Below, piece after piece: positions 27,606 to 37,157 of a stretch of DNA of 64,000 nt (its first letter is position 1; every line of letters starts with the position of its first letter). The stretch is from an uncultured delta proteobacterium. Its GTDB lineage: Bacteria > Desulfobacterota > Binatia > UBA9968. The DNA lies in the NCBI GenBank assembly GCA_963804165.1, contig CAWDPO010000006.1:237552-301551 (forward strand). Direction: 5' to 3'. Under the pieces are notes generated by a model, which had not been told where the DNA came from, searched no databases, and saw nothing but the letters and a program-made list of their open reading frames with translations. The translations under genes and the position numbers were made by a program.

Positions 27606-27728
27606 TCATTTGATAACGAGCGAAAAAGATTGGTTCTCTCTCTTAGCCCTTTTCGCGGCTCTTTTTTCCATCAAGGTCTTCAGTGGTTTCTTCTTCTCTT
27701 GTTTCTTACTGTCCTTGCCTTTGCTCAT
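27606..27728 (-). CDS. 40-aa Lys-rich basic small protein (absent from the ORF track)
   Basis: AAGGAG RBS at 27737-27742; MSKGKDSKKQEKKKPLKTLMEKRAAKRAKRENQSFSLVIK*. Confidence 0.65.
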   Translation of the reverse strand: MSKGKDSKKQEKKKPLKTLMEKRAAKRAKRENQSFSLVIK

Positions 27729-27831
27729 GATTGTTACTCCTTATATCCGAGTTTGTACCTGACCCATTCCATCTCTGCTCATCCCGTTGGCATCAATTAA
27801 CGATTGACCGGCGATCGCTGCCCGCGGCTGA

Positions 27832-28179
27832 TTACGGTTTCGCCGCAAGCAGCTTGGCGCAGGAATCGGCAACTTTACTATCGGCTTTATCTTCACCCGG
27901 CATGATCGACCAACTCTGCTTTTCAATATAGCGGGCTGTGTCCCACGAGTCTTTTCCTTTCATTTCTTTGAGATTCTCACCCTTACCCGAGTCGCGGTTA
28001 AACTGTGCAACACAGATCGATCCCAAGCGCTGGGCAACGGCATCTGCAGCGGTCTCCTTAGCCATTGCCGCTGCCGCGCCGCCTGTAACCCATCCGCCAT
28101 AGTTGAATCCGAAGAAGGCCAATACTATCGCGCCGCCGAGAGCACTCCACGAACCCAGCTTTATGTTATCCCAATCCAT
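27832..28179 (-). CDS. Conserved hypothetical membrane-anchored protein
   Basis: GGAGG RBS; N-terminal TM, GFNYGGWVTGG, ICVAQF, second Cys in ADSCA. Confidence 0.75.
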   Translation of the reverse strand: MDWDNIKLGSWSALGGAIVLAFFGFNYGGWVTGGAAAAMAKETAADAVAQRLGSICVAQFNRDSGKGENLKEMKGKDSWDTARYIEKQSWSIMPGEDKADSKVADSCAKLLAAKP

Positions 28180-28408
28180 GAGACACCTCCCTTTAAATAC
28201 AAGTTCGGAACACCCAGGTTTAATGCCCTGTGAACTTCATGCTGCGCCGGCTCAGCGACCGATGCTGTCTAATATTGAACAATACCGAAAATAATTATTA
28301 TGTCTAAGTCGGCCATGGGCGTCCAGCGGCGAAGCTCTCTAACGGTCGCAATCAATCACCTCCACATCTTGAGCGCGCTATTCTCCAGTGGTTGAATGAT
28401 GGCTAACA

Positions 28409-28423
28409 GGGCATCGCTGTTGC
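28409..28423 (+). promoter_or_regulatory. Candidate sigma54 promoter
   Basis: GGGCATCGCTGTTGC upstream of dodecin. Confidence 0.4.
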
Positions 28424-28469
28424 GGAAACTAAGAATTGGAACCGAAAATGACGCATAAAGGAGGCTCTA

Positions 28470-28679
28470 GTGAACGATCATATTTATAAGCAGGTCGAAT
28501 TGACGGGTTCGTCCCGAACTACCGTCGAAGACGCCGTTCAAAACGCCATCACGAAGGCAGGCAAGACACTCCACAATGTTCACTGGTTCCAGGTGGTCGA
28601 TACGCGCGGTTACATCGTCGACAATAAAATCGACTACTGGCAGGTAACGATCAAGCTCGGCTTTCGGCTCGACGATTAG
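28470..28679 (+). CDS. Dodecin (flavin-binding protein)
   Basis: HIYKQVELTGSS, WFQV, WQVTIKLGFRLD. Confidence 0.93.
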   Translation: MNDHIYKQVELTGSSRTTVEDAVQNAITKAGKTLHNVHWFQVVDTRGYIVDNKIDYWQVTIKLGFRLDD

Positions 28680-28988
28680 CTAAGTTGTCAAGCTGTCGGG
28701 CCCGGCCAATCCCCGAATTTCTCCCGGAACCCGACGGCGCCGTTTTTGGCCAGTAGCACAAAATCGCCGCCGGCGCCGCTATCTCTGAAAGCCAAAAATC
28801 GAACTGTCGGGCCAGCCGGACGACGGTCGACCTCCGTCAAGGCTGGTTTTGAGGCGTGGCGACCATTCAACGGCCAACTGATGTTCGATCGACGCTTTGA
28901 AGTTGCGACCGGGACTGTCCGCCGTGGGCAAGAAGCTTTTCTAATGTCCTGATCTCCCAAGAATACCGGCTGACGTTTCGCTTCGCCT

Positions 28989-29654
28989 CTAAGGTTTTTC
29001 TCTCTTGACGGAAACGAGCAAGCCACCGATGCCCCGGCTACGGAGCACAGGAACGATGACTGAGACCAAATTGGGATGCGCAGCCGCTGCCTGGTTATAG
29101 CGGGTGATGCCGTTGTCGGTCTGTGGATCAAGCACCGCCGGTGACAATGCGTTGTCGGCGAGAATTAGGCCGCCGTCCCGGGTCAACGGCAGCGACAATT
29201 GCAAGTATTGCGGATAACCGTCCTTGTCAGCGTCAATGAAAACCAAATCAAACGGCGACTCATCCGAATCATTCAAGCGTTTCAGTGTTTCCACCGCCGG
29301 GCCGACGACGACCTCGACTTTCCCCGACAAAGCGGCTCGCTCCAGATTGCGGCGCGCAACGGCTGCGTGATGCGCATTGATTTCAAGTGAGATCAGCTTG
29401 CCGTCGCTGGGCAACGCGCGTGCCAGCCAGATCGCGCTGTAGCCTCCCAGCGTCCCGATTTCCAGTATGCGCTTGGCTTTCGCCTGTACCGCCAGGAGAT
29501 GCAGCGTCTTCCCTTCGCTCGGCGAAACATGTATCTGCGGCATGTTTTCTCGCTTTATCTCTTCCCGTGCCGCCCGCAGAACATCGTCTTCCTGAGCGAA
29601 CAGCCGGCTGATGTAGTCATCGAAATTCTGCGACGTGGGTTGTTGGTCTGTCAT
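28989..29654 (-). CDS. O-methyltransferase (caffeoyl-CoA OMT-like)
   Basis: ILEIGTLGGYS, FDLVFIDADK, LADN. Confidence 0.92.
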   Translation of the reverse strand: MTDQQPTSQNFDDYISRLFAQEDDVLRAAREEIKRENMPQIHVSPSEGKTLHLLAVQAKAKRILEIGTLGGYSAIWLARALPSDGKLISLEINAHHAAVARRNLERAALSGKVEVVVGPAVETLKRLNDSDESPFDLVFIDADKDGYPQYLQLSLPLTRDGGLILADNALSPAVLDPQTDNGITRYNQAAAAHPNLVSVIVPVLRSRGIGGLLVSVKREKP

Positions 29655-30340
29655 TTTTTTTCTCCTCGCAATTGCGTTGCTTTGCTGGCGCTGGGTTGAG
29701 TAATGATCTCGCGAATCTCGTTCTGGCAGCGCTCCACTGCCTGGCGCACCCGGCGGATCACCTGCTGATCGCCGCGCTCGATGGCCTCACGAAGGCCGCC
29801 CCAGGCCGTGCGGGCGAGATCGTCGAGCTGATCTTGAAGAAAACCAACCTCGTGCCGGCTCGTATGAACAGTGCTTCTGGACGCAAACCTTGCCCAGAAG
29901 GCGTCCACATCCTCGGCGTGGGCATCCAGATCAGTCCGCCCATGCTCGGTGAGACTGTATACACGCCGCTCCGCTTGCTGCTCAGAACGCACCTGCCCCA
30001 GTTCCTCCAGATATTGCATCGTCGGATAAACCGTACCCGGGCTGGACACATAACGACCGGCGGAGCGTTCTTCGAGGGTCTTAATTATTTCGTAGCCATG
30101 CTTGGGTCCATCGCGCAGCGCATCTAACAGCACATAGCGTGCCTCACCACGCTTGGCCCGCCCATGCAGGCCGCCATAATGTCGTCTCCCGTGATGACCT
30201 CTGCCGCGGTGGCCGCTTTGATATGCGGAGTTGTCATCGGAGAATTTGCTCTCAATCTCTGTCTGCAGATGGCGTCGGCTTCTACGGCTATGATCACGAC
30301 TGCTTAAATTGGTGTTGTCGCCTCTAGCTCGTTGTTTCAT
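29651..30340 (-). CDS. PadR-family regulator with His/Gly/Arg-rich N-terminus
   Basis: HGYEIIK, SPGTVYPT, RRVYSLTEHG. Confidence 0.9.
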   Translation of the reverse strand: MKQRARGDNTNLSSRDHSRRSRRHLQTEIESKFSDDNSAYQSGHRGRGHHGRRHYGGLHGRAKRGEARYVLLDALRDGPKHGYEIIKTLEERSAGRYVSSPGTVYPTMQYLEELGQVRSEQQAERRVYSLTEHGRTDLDAHAEDVDAFWARFASRSTVHTSRHEVGFLQDQLDDLARTAWGGLREAIERGDQQVIRRVRQAVERCQNEIREIITQPSASKATQLRGEKK

Positions 30341-30350
30341 CGAGTCCTCC

Positions 30351-30378
30351 TATATCGCGATGCATCACGATATATCGT
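30351..30378. promoter_or_regulatory. Candidate PadR autoregulatory operator
   Basis: TATATCGCGATGCATCACGATATA (22/24 palindrome) overlapping perfect ACGATATATCGT, next to the padR RBS. Confidence 0.55.
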
Positions 30379-30726
30379 TATCTGAATCTTTTTCCAGTAT
30401 CAAGACCCATCAGGACTCTCTGTTAGCCGGTCAACGCAATTACGGTATCGTTAGACGTCAGCGGCCAGAAAGAAAATTGTCGACAAGAATCTTTGCTCGT
30501 TCAATCCTGTGATCGCGCAATCGCTTGACGTTCGCGAAAATAGCCCAGCATCTCGCTGTTGTATTTGTTGGGACTTAATGGGGTCAGGGACTTAATATGC
30601 ACAACCCGGGTCAGATCTTTTGATGTCTCGGATCTCACTTATACAATTCGGTTGTGTTTCTGCAGCTTATGACGCGCGTAGAGTAACTGTACGTTTTCTT
30701 CCGTTATGGATGCCTCCCTCGACCAC

Positions 30727-30816
30727 GGAGTTCCGAGCAATGTTTTCTATGCTCAGGATTTCTATGCGGGGAAAACGATCCGAATTGTGGTGGGTTTCCG
30801 GCTGACGGTGGGTTCA
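30727..30816 (+). pseudogene. Degenerate fragment of a Bug/TctC gene
   Basis: YAQDFYAGKTIRIVVG; aligns at DNA level with about 34523-34612. Confidence 0.7.
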
Positions 30817-30862
30817 ACTCGGTTATTGAAAAGAGAGATAGGCGCAGTTCTCTGCCCGACGC

Positions 30863-31483
30863 TTACGAGTCGTTGTTCAGAAAACTCAGCATTTCAAAGC
30901 GATCGCGCGCGGTGAATTTACCCTCGATTCTGACATGGTTGCCAGCCCGCAAAGTTCGGAAACGATCCCTATCGGAATCTCGCACGTACTCGGAAAGAAG
31001 CACCGAGACCGGCGGGCCGGATTGATCATCGAGCTCGAACGAATTGTCTCGCCGATTTACACTCGCCACTCTCCCGGCCAGAGTCTCAATCTGCTGCGCT
31101 GAGCTCGGAACGTCGCTGCGACTTTGGCTCGTAGGGTTTTCTTGAACGCGAATCAAATCCGCGTACGAATCACCGCGCAAATCCTTCTTTACTTGCATGG
31201 CCACGACATCGCCGGACTTTAATCGCGCCACAGGATATTCGCGGCCGCGATAGAGCACCTGCGCATCCGCGCTCAATGCGACGGCTCGCCGATCGCTTTT
31301 GTTTGGACGCAAGTAGATCCGCCGCGCAGAAAGATCCACGCGTTCGACTTCGCCGACGACGTCATCCTGACCTTCTTCGATCGTCGGTCGACCGATCAGC
31401 GCGATATTTTCCATGCAGCCAGGGACGCCGATCAAGAGCATCCCCAGCGCCAGAAGCGAGGCCACGCGATCGATGAGGTTCAC
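30863..31483 (-). CDS. Putative lipoprotein with two OB-fold-like (DUF5666-like) repeats
   Basis: GTG start, lipobox VPGC; GEVERVD...LKSGDVV and GRVASVN...LRAGNHV. Confidence 0.65.
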   Translation of the reverse strand: MNLIDRVASLLALGMLLIGVPGCMENIALIGRPTIEEGQDDVVGEVERVDLSARRIYLRPNKSDRRAVALSADAQVLYRGREYPVARLKSGDVVAMQVKKDLRGDSYADLIRVQENPTSQSRSDVPSSAQQIETLAGRVASVNRRDNSFELDDQSGPPVSVLLSEYVRDSDRDRFRTLRAGNHVRIEGKFTARDRFEMLSFLNNDS

Positions 31484-31493
31484 CCGGCAGCTG

Positions 31494-31721
31494 CTAGTAG
31501 AGAATCGAGCCTTTCTCGATCTGCGCTTTACGAGACTCATATTCTCTACGAGATATTCTTTCGTTCCTGTAGTCGGCTTCCAATTTTTCCAATTGGTTAT
31601 GAGCGTTGATCTCATAGCCTGCTCCGGTCGCCAAACCTCCCACCGCCGCTCCACCGAGGAATGCGCAACCACTTTGGGTGAGACCGATCAAAAGTGCTAC
31701 TGCCAAAAAAATTTTCTTCAT
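31494..31721 (-). CDS. Small lipoprotein with glycine-zipper-like segment
   Basis: MKK signal, QSGC lipobox, GGAAVGGLATGAG; GGAGG RBS. Confidence 0.75.
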   Translation of the reverse strand: MKKIFLAVALLIGLTQSGCAFLGGAAVGGLATGAGYEINAHNQLEKLEADYRNERISRREYESRKAQIEKGSILY

Positions 31722-31751
31722 GTTAAACCTCCAAGCTGATTAGGCCGTAGC

Positions 31752-31766
31752 GCAAAGCTCATGCCA
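31752..31766 (-). promoter_or_regulatory. Sigma54 (-24/-12) promoter candidate
   Basis: TGGCATGAGCTTTGC, near consensus, about 30 bp before the ATG. Confidence 0.6.
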
Positions 31767-32121
31767 TTGCCGACAGAACAAAATCTTCTTTAGTTAGTGG
31801 GGACTCTTACTCGGCTTTGGCCGATTCCACCGGAGGAAGGCAGGAAATTTCCTACAATCTGTCAGGATTTACGCCGAAATGATGGGCTCCCCAACGTGTG
31901 GAAACATCACGCAGAATTAATCTTCTGACGGGGTTTCTACTTAGTTTGATTTGTCTCAACGGAGGCGCGGATCTCCGTTCTTAAATACAGACTCAGGCTC
32001 GCCCCCGTTAGACCGCGTTATCGCCAATTTAGCGACATTCAGAACCTTTTGAATGATTAGTCCCCTTAGATCTTGATTGCTCATCAAACTCATAGAATTT
32101 GCGCCCGTCGTTGTGATTCTT

Positions 32122-32976
32122 CTAAACTCTCGACTTTTTCTCGTTGAGATAATGGTGCTCGATAGCGTCCAGGCGGCGCAGAGCGCGAAGCGCCTTCGGT
32201 TTATTGCGCGCTGCGACGGCTATAGCTAAAGCATTCAGCAATGACATCGAAGCCGCCAGGGACTGAGTTCTGTGTGGCCGCCGACAACCCAGTAGGTAAA
32301 GCGTCGATGTCCGCGCAATTTCCGAAGTCGGAGTGTGGCTAATCCCGAGCACCGGAATTCGATGCTTTACGGCATAATCGATAGTCATCCTGGTTTCTCT
32401 CGGGGTTTCGTCAAAACCCAGGGCAATTACAAGATCGCCTCTTTCCAGGAGTGCGAGCTGCTCAACGAGAGAGGTGCCGCCGGTTACGGTGATCAGCCGC
32501 GCATCCATCCGAAGCCGCACAAAACGAAAATACAGGAAATAAGCCAGCGAAAAAGCCGCGCGGAACCCGACGATAAAAATTTTGTTTGCGCCGACGACCA
32601 TACCCACTGCCTCGGTAAAGGCAGCTTCTGTCAACTTAGATCGCGTCTCCTCGATCAGTTCAATATCGTTTTGGAAGAGCGACTGCGGAAAGCTTTCGTC
32701 CCAAATGCTCGTGACCGCATGTCGAAATCTAGATGCGTTTCCGGTTGCTTTTCTGAATTCGGCTTGAAGTTCCTTACGAAAGCTCGGATAGCCTTTATAG
32801 CCAAGTTGTTTGGCGAACCTAACGAGCGACGCTTCACTGACACCGATTTTCGGAGCAAGCTCCGTAATGGAATCAAACGATGCTGTAATTCCATTGCTTG
32901 CAAGATAGTCGGCAATCTTCCGTTGGTTTTTACTTAGCGTGGCATAGTGGTTCTGAACTTGCTTGAGGAATTCCAT
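32122..32976 (-). CDS. MurR/RpiR-family transcriptional regulator
   Basis: SITELA..GVSEASLVRFAKQLGYKGY; C-terminal SIS domain. Confidence 0.92.
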   Translation of the reverse strand: MEFLKQVQNHYATLSKNQRKIADYLASNGITASFDSITELAPKIGVSEASLVRFAKQLGYKGYPSFRKELQAEFRKATGNASRFRHAVTSIWDESFPQSLFQNDIELIEETRSKLTEAAFTEAVGMVVGANKIFIVGFRAAFSLAYFLYFRFVRLRMDARLITVTGGTSLVEQLALLERGDLVIALGFDETPRETRMTIDYAVKHRIPVLGISHTPTSEIARTSTLYLLGCRRPHRTQSLAASMSLLNALAIAVAARNKPKALRALRRLDAIEHHYLNEKKSRV

Positions 32977-33130
32977 GACGGTGCTCTTTTGATTCGCTCC
33001 TTATTCTCCCTGTTTCTTGCTTGACAGTAATTTTTCATTTTGATAGCGCTCTGAAAGAATCTTTGCAAGTGCTCGACGCGAGACTCCGATAGAACGTCCG
33101 CGAAAGCAGTGCAACTCAAGGAGGCATGCC

Positions 33131-34276
33131 ATGGACCAGGCCACATATTTTTCAGCAGATTCACACGTCAACGAACCGCCGGCAGCATGGGAGCGTATAC
33201 CTAAACAGCTGCGAACGCACGGACCCCATTTCGTTCAAGATCCCGGCGGTCGTAAAGGACTATTCATGGTGTTCGACGGCCATGAGCCTGACCCCGTAGG
33301 CATGACGTTTACAGCAGGAGTTCAGAAGGAGTCCGGCGGCGTTCGCAAGATGATTGAGAATTTTAAATGGGAGGACTGGCGGGGACCCTGGGATCCGTTG
33401 GCGCGATTGAGCGATATGGATCTCGACGGCGTCAGAATGGAGGTGCTTTATCCAAGCATGGCGCGCAATTTTTACAGCTTGAAAGGGGAAGAGATTCCGC
33501 TCCAGCAGGCCGGACTTAGGTCCTATAACGACTGGTTGCGCGACTACTATGAGGCGGCGCCGGATCGGCTTCTCGGTCTTGGTCTTTTGTCTGCTCTCGA
33601 TATCGAATGGTCGATTGACGAAATGAAACGTTGCGCGAAGCTCGGGCACAAGGGCGTGGTGTTACCGTCGGGCCTTCCGGACGGCATGAGCTACGCGGAT
33701 CCGGAATTTGATCGGCTGTGGGCAGCCGCCCACGACTTAGACTATCCCATCCATTTTCATGTGAATATATTGCAGGGCAGAGATCGAATGGCTGCCCGTC
33801 TAAAAGTCATCACTCAGTTACAGCAGGGCCGCAATGCCGTGCGGCGAGGAATCCTGGAGCCTCTGGCCTTGATCACGGATCTTGTTTTTGGTGGTGTGCT
33901 GAATCGATTTCCGAACCTTCGATTCGTTTTTGCCGAGTACGAATTGTCCTGGCTGTACCCGTTTTTTACGAAAATGGATGGGTCCGTCAGCCGAGCACGT
34001 TCAGAGGCGCCCGAATCACCGACCCTGGAAGCGCTGCCGAGCGAGTGTATCAGGCGGCAGGTTTACATCACATTTCAGGACGATCGCGTAGGCGTTCTCG
34101 GTTCACAGGCTCTCAATCTTGTAGATAACGTCATGTGGGCAAGCGACTACCCGCACGGCGGCGCGACTTGGCCACACTCCAAAGATATCATTGAAGCTCA
34201 GTTCCAGGGCGTGTCCGATGAGATCAAGAGAAACTTGACCTGGAAGAACGCGGCAAAGTTTTACGGCGTTGAATGA
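33131..34276 (+). CDS. Amidohydrolase family protein (Amidohydro_2)
   Basis: SADSHVNEP, MDLDGV..EVLYPS, WASDYPH. Confidence 0.9.
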   Translation: MDQATYFSADSHVNEPPAAWERIPKQLRTHGPHFVQDPGGRKGLFMVFDGHEPDPVGMTFTAGVQKESGGVRKMIENFKWEDWRGPWDPLARLSDMDLDGVRMEVLYPSMARNFYSLKGEEIPLQQAGLRSYNDWLRDYYEAAPDRLLGLGLLSALDIEWSIDEMKRCAKLGHKGVVLPSGLPDGMSYADPEFDRLWAAAHDLDYPIHFHVNILQGRDRMAARLKVITQLQQGRNAVRRGILEPLALITDLVFGGVLNRFPNLRFVFAEYELSWLYPFFTKMDGSVSRARSEAPESPTLEALPSECIRRQVYITFQDDRVGVLGSQALNLVDNVMWASDYPHGGATWPHSKDIIEAQFQGVSDEIKRNLTWKNAAKFYGVE

Positions 34277-34467
34277 GTGCGAAAGTATCTTTGCTAGCCG
34301 ATCGCAGTCTGATCAACTTTCACCTTCCTCGTAGTGGCGAAACTCTCTGGTGGTCGAATTATCCTTGACAGGCTCTATGCCGGTGGAGGATATTTTCGCG
34401 CAGCTTGCATTCCCGGGCACTGAACACCGAGTTCATACTCACTTCGAATTTTATCGGAGGCTCATCG

Positions 34468-35496
34468 ATGTCAAAAGTAATTTTTTACGTCAGCCTGATC
34501 GGACTTGTTCTGACTTCGATGTGGAGTTCGGAGCATGGTTCCTATGCGCAGGATTTCTACGCGGGGAAAACGATCCGTATCGTCGTGGGATTTCCGGCTG
34601 GCGGCGGCTTTGATACCTATTCGCGGGTCATGGGGCGTCACATCAACAAATACATTCCCGGCAACCCGGCGGTTGTTGTGGATAACGTCACCGGGGCGGG
34701 TAGTCTCATTGCCGCCAACTCGATTTACAAAGCAACCAAGCCTGACGGTCTGACCATCGGGAATTTTATCGGCAACCTGATCTCGCAACAACTTTTCGGA
34801 GGATCCGGAATCGAGTTCGATGCGAGAAAGTTCGAATGGATCGGCGTGCCGGTCAAGGATCATGTCGTCTGCGCCCTGACAAAAGCCAGCGGGATTACCA
34901 GCGTCGATGCATGGATGGCGGCGAAGGCGCCGGTGAAATTGGGTGGCAGCGCTCCGGGTACGACGAATGACGACGTTGCTAAATTACTCAAGGCGGCCCT
35001 CGGGCTACCCATTCAGCTGGTGACGGGTTACAAAGGTACGGCGCCGATTAAATTGGCTGCGGAGAGCGGGGAGATCGACGGCGGGTGCTGGGCGTGGGAG
35101 TCGATCAAAGTGATGTGGCGTCAAAGCCTGGATGCGGGCGAGGCTAATATCGTGCTGCAGGCCGTACCTAAAGCGGTCCCGGACCTCCCCAAGGTTCCCA
35201 TGGCCATCGAGCTCGCAAAGACAGAAGAGGCGCGCAAGCTGATTCAGGTCGGCATCCACGACACCGCGGCGATTACCCGTCCCTATGCGTTGCCTCCGGG
35301 CACGCCCAAGGATCGCGTTCAAACGTTGCGCAGGGCCTTTAGAGAAACCTTGAGGGATAAAGATTTTTTGGCCGAGGCAATTAAATCTAAGCTCGATGTC
35401 GATCCGATGAGCGGTGAGGAAGTCGAAAAGATCGTCGCCGGCCTGTTTAAACTTGATGCCGCCACGGTCGCGAAAATGTCGGAGATTCTTAAATGA
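34468..35496 (+). CDS. Bug/TctC tripartite tricarboxylate transporter substrate-binding protein
   Basis: FYAGKTIRIVVGFPAGGGFD, KPDGLT, PPGTPKDR. Confidence 0.92.
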   Translation: MSKVIFYVSLIGLVLTSMWSSEHGSYAQDFYAGKTIRIVVGFPAGGGFDTYSRVMGRHINKYIPGNPAVVVDNVTGAGSLIAANSIYKATKPDGLTIGNFIGNLISQQLFGGSGIEFDARKFEWIGVPVKDHVVCALTKASGITSVDAWMAAKAPVKLGGSAPGTTNDDVAKLLKAALGLPIQLVTGYKGTAPIKLAAESGEIDGGCWAWESIKVMWRQSLDAGEANIVLQAVPKAVPDLPKVPMAIELAKTEEARKLIQVGIHDTAAITRPYALPPGTPKDRVQTLRRAFRETLRDKDFLAEAIKSKLDVDPMSGEEVEKIVAGLFKLDAATVAKMSEILK

Positions 35497-35575
35497 TCCG
35501 AGACCAGTCCTGCGTTTGTGAATAATTCCCGTGGCCCGTCAGGTCAGAATTTCTATTCTCCTCTTGGAGGAAAAC

Positions 35576-36142
35576 ATGCTTGTCCGATCCATCTGCGCAA
35601 TCGTCTTCGCCGCGCTCGCGGTAGTCACCATGCCGGCGCCAAGCATCACAGCGGAGTCTCCTTGTCCCGCTATCCTCGATCACAAATTCGCCAATCTGAT
35701 GGATGAGCCGGTTTCGCTCTGTCAGTTCAGCGGCAAAATACTGCTGATCGTCAACACGGCGAGCGAGTGCGGCTACACGCCGCAATACGACGGCTTGGAA
35801 AAGTTATATCGCCGCTATCGCGACAAAGGCTTCACGGTGCTGGGGTTTCCCGCGAACGATTTCGGCGGCCAGGAGCCTGGGTCGAACAAAGAGATCGCGC
35901 AATTCTGCCGGGTGAACTATGGCATCACGTTTCCCGTGTTCGCAAAGACCCCCGTTGTCGGCGCAAAAGCCAACCCGCTCTTTAGAGAACTGGCCGCGAA
36001 GACCGGTAAGCCGCCGCGCTGGAATTTTCACAAATATCTCCTCGACCGGACGGCACAGCCGGTCGCCGTATTCGAAAGCGCCGTCGAGCCCGGGGATCGC
36101 CAGGTGACCGCCCAGATCGAGAAGCTGCTTGGAGGTCACTGA
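35576..36142 (+). CDS. Glutathione peroxidase (Cys type, signal peptide)
   Basis: VNTASECGYTPQY, LGFPANDFGGQEPG, WNFHKYL. Confidence 0.93.
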   Translation: MLVRSICAIVFAALAVVTMPAPSITAESPCPAILDHKFANLMDEPVSLCQFSGKILLIVNTASECGYTPQYDGLEKLYRRYRDKGFTVLGFPANDFGGQEPGSNKEIAQFCRVNYGITFPVFAKTPVVGAKANPLFRELAAKTGKPPRWNFHKYLLDRTAQPVAVFESAVEPGDRQVTAQIEKLLGGH

Positions 36143-36152
36143 GACAATGAGA

Positions 36153-36248
36153 GTTCAAATCGTTTAAGAGAGTAGCTCAAAGTTCAACGTTCCAGGTTCA
36201 AGGTCCAAGGAACGAACAACTTTCCAGCGGTTCAAGTGGCTTCAAACC
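36153..36248. repeat. Degenerate 7-/9-bp GTTCAA tandem repeats
   Basis: GCTCAAA-GTTCAAC-GTTCCAG-GTTCAAG-GTCCAAG at 36175-36209 with 9-mer units on both sides. Confidence 0.6.
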
Positions 36249-36368
36249 TCGCGCGTCGACTCACCACCTGTACTGTTTTGGTTATTCAGTAATTGTTGCT
36301 GCTAGTTGACATTCAAACTAGTAAAATGCAGCCTTGATACAAAATGATCGGAAGGTTGGTTCTTTTAC

Positions 36369-37157
36369 GTGACGGCTACAGCCTATAGCGGCGTCCGATA
36401 TTTCAGGCGCAAGAGTCGAAGATTTGCCACGCTCCACTGGCAAGGAGCCATTCTTAGGTGGTGCGTTGTTGGAATCGCTGGCTTCTTCGCTCTCAACTTG
36501 ATCTATCAGGTTATACGCAAGCCCGGCGAGCTCTTCGCCCCGATCAGCAGTTCTTTATCAAAAAGTCCCGACTTGACCTGGCAGAGTTACGGGGCGCTTT
36601 TCGAGGAACATTCTACAAGCATCATTTCACCTGAATTGCTCGCCGCGCTCGCTCAAGTCGAGAGCGACGGCAACCCCATCGCCCGCACCTATTGGCGCTG
36701 GCAATGGTCGTGGAACCCTTTTGAAATCTATCGTCCGGCCTCGAGTGCGCTAGGCATGTTTCAACTTACCGACGGAACATTCGTTGAGGCCCGCAGATAT
36801 TGCATCCGTGACCACATCGTTGTGAGCGAGGGTCCATGGCACGATCTCAGTTCCTGCTGGTTCAATGCCCTCTATACTCGAACGCTGCCTAGCCATGCGG
36901 TCGAAATGACCGCCGCGTATCTGCACCAGAGCGTGGCCGATACACTGGCGGCTCGTCGCGCGGTCAAGGCCAGCCCGGCGCAAAAGCAGAAACTGGCCGC
37001 CGTGATTCACCTGTGCGGATTGAAAAGAGGTGAGACTTTCGCCGCACGCGGCTTTCGCCTAGCGCAGGGCGAGCGTTGCGGGACTCACAGCCTGCAGCGC
37101 TATCTCACTCAAATCGACGTATTGAAAAAACGCTTTGCTCGATTGGCAGGGAATTGA
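36369..37157 (+). CDS. Lytic transglycosylase (SLT) domain protein
   Basis: LAALAQVESDGNP and SSALGMFQL; N-terminal TM. Confidence 0.8.
   Translation: MTATAYSGVRYFRRKSRRFATLHWQGAILRWCVVGIAGFFALNLIYQVIRKPGELFAPISSSLSKSPDLTWQSYGALFEEHSTSIISPELLAALAQVESDGNPIARTYWRWQWSWNPFEIYRPASSALGMFQLTDGTFVEARRYCIRDHIVVSEGPWHDLSSCWFNALYTRTLPSHAVEMTAAYLHQSVADTLAARRAVKASPAQKQKLAAVIHLCGLKRGETFAARGFRLAQGERCGTHSLQRYLTQIDVLKKRFARLAGN

Noticed and set aside
27526-27762. 78-aa hydrophobic + strand ORF
   Set aside because: Antisense of the Lys-rich microprotein, which has the RBS.
30578-30622. GGGGTCAG / GGGTCAGATCT motifs (and GACCCGACC at ~27400) as REP remnants
   Set aside because: Too short and degenerate to support.
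35576-36142. Selenocysteine glutathione peroxidase
   Set aside because: The active-site codon is TGC (Cys) and there is no in-frame TGA.
36153-36248. CRISPR array
   Set aside because: Units are 7-9 bp with no spacers, and there are no cas genes in the window.
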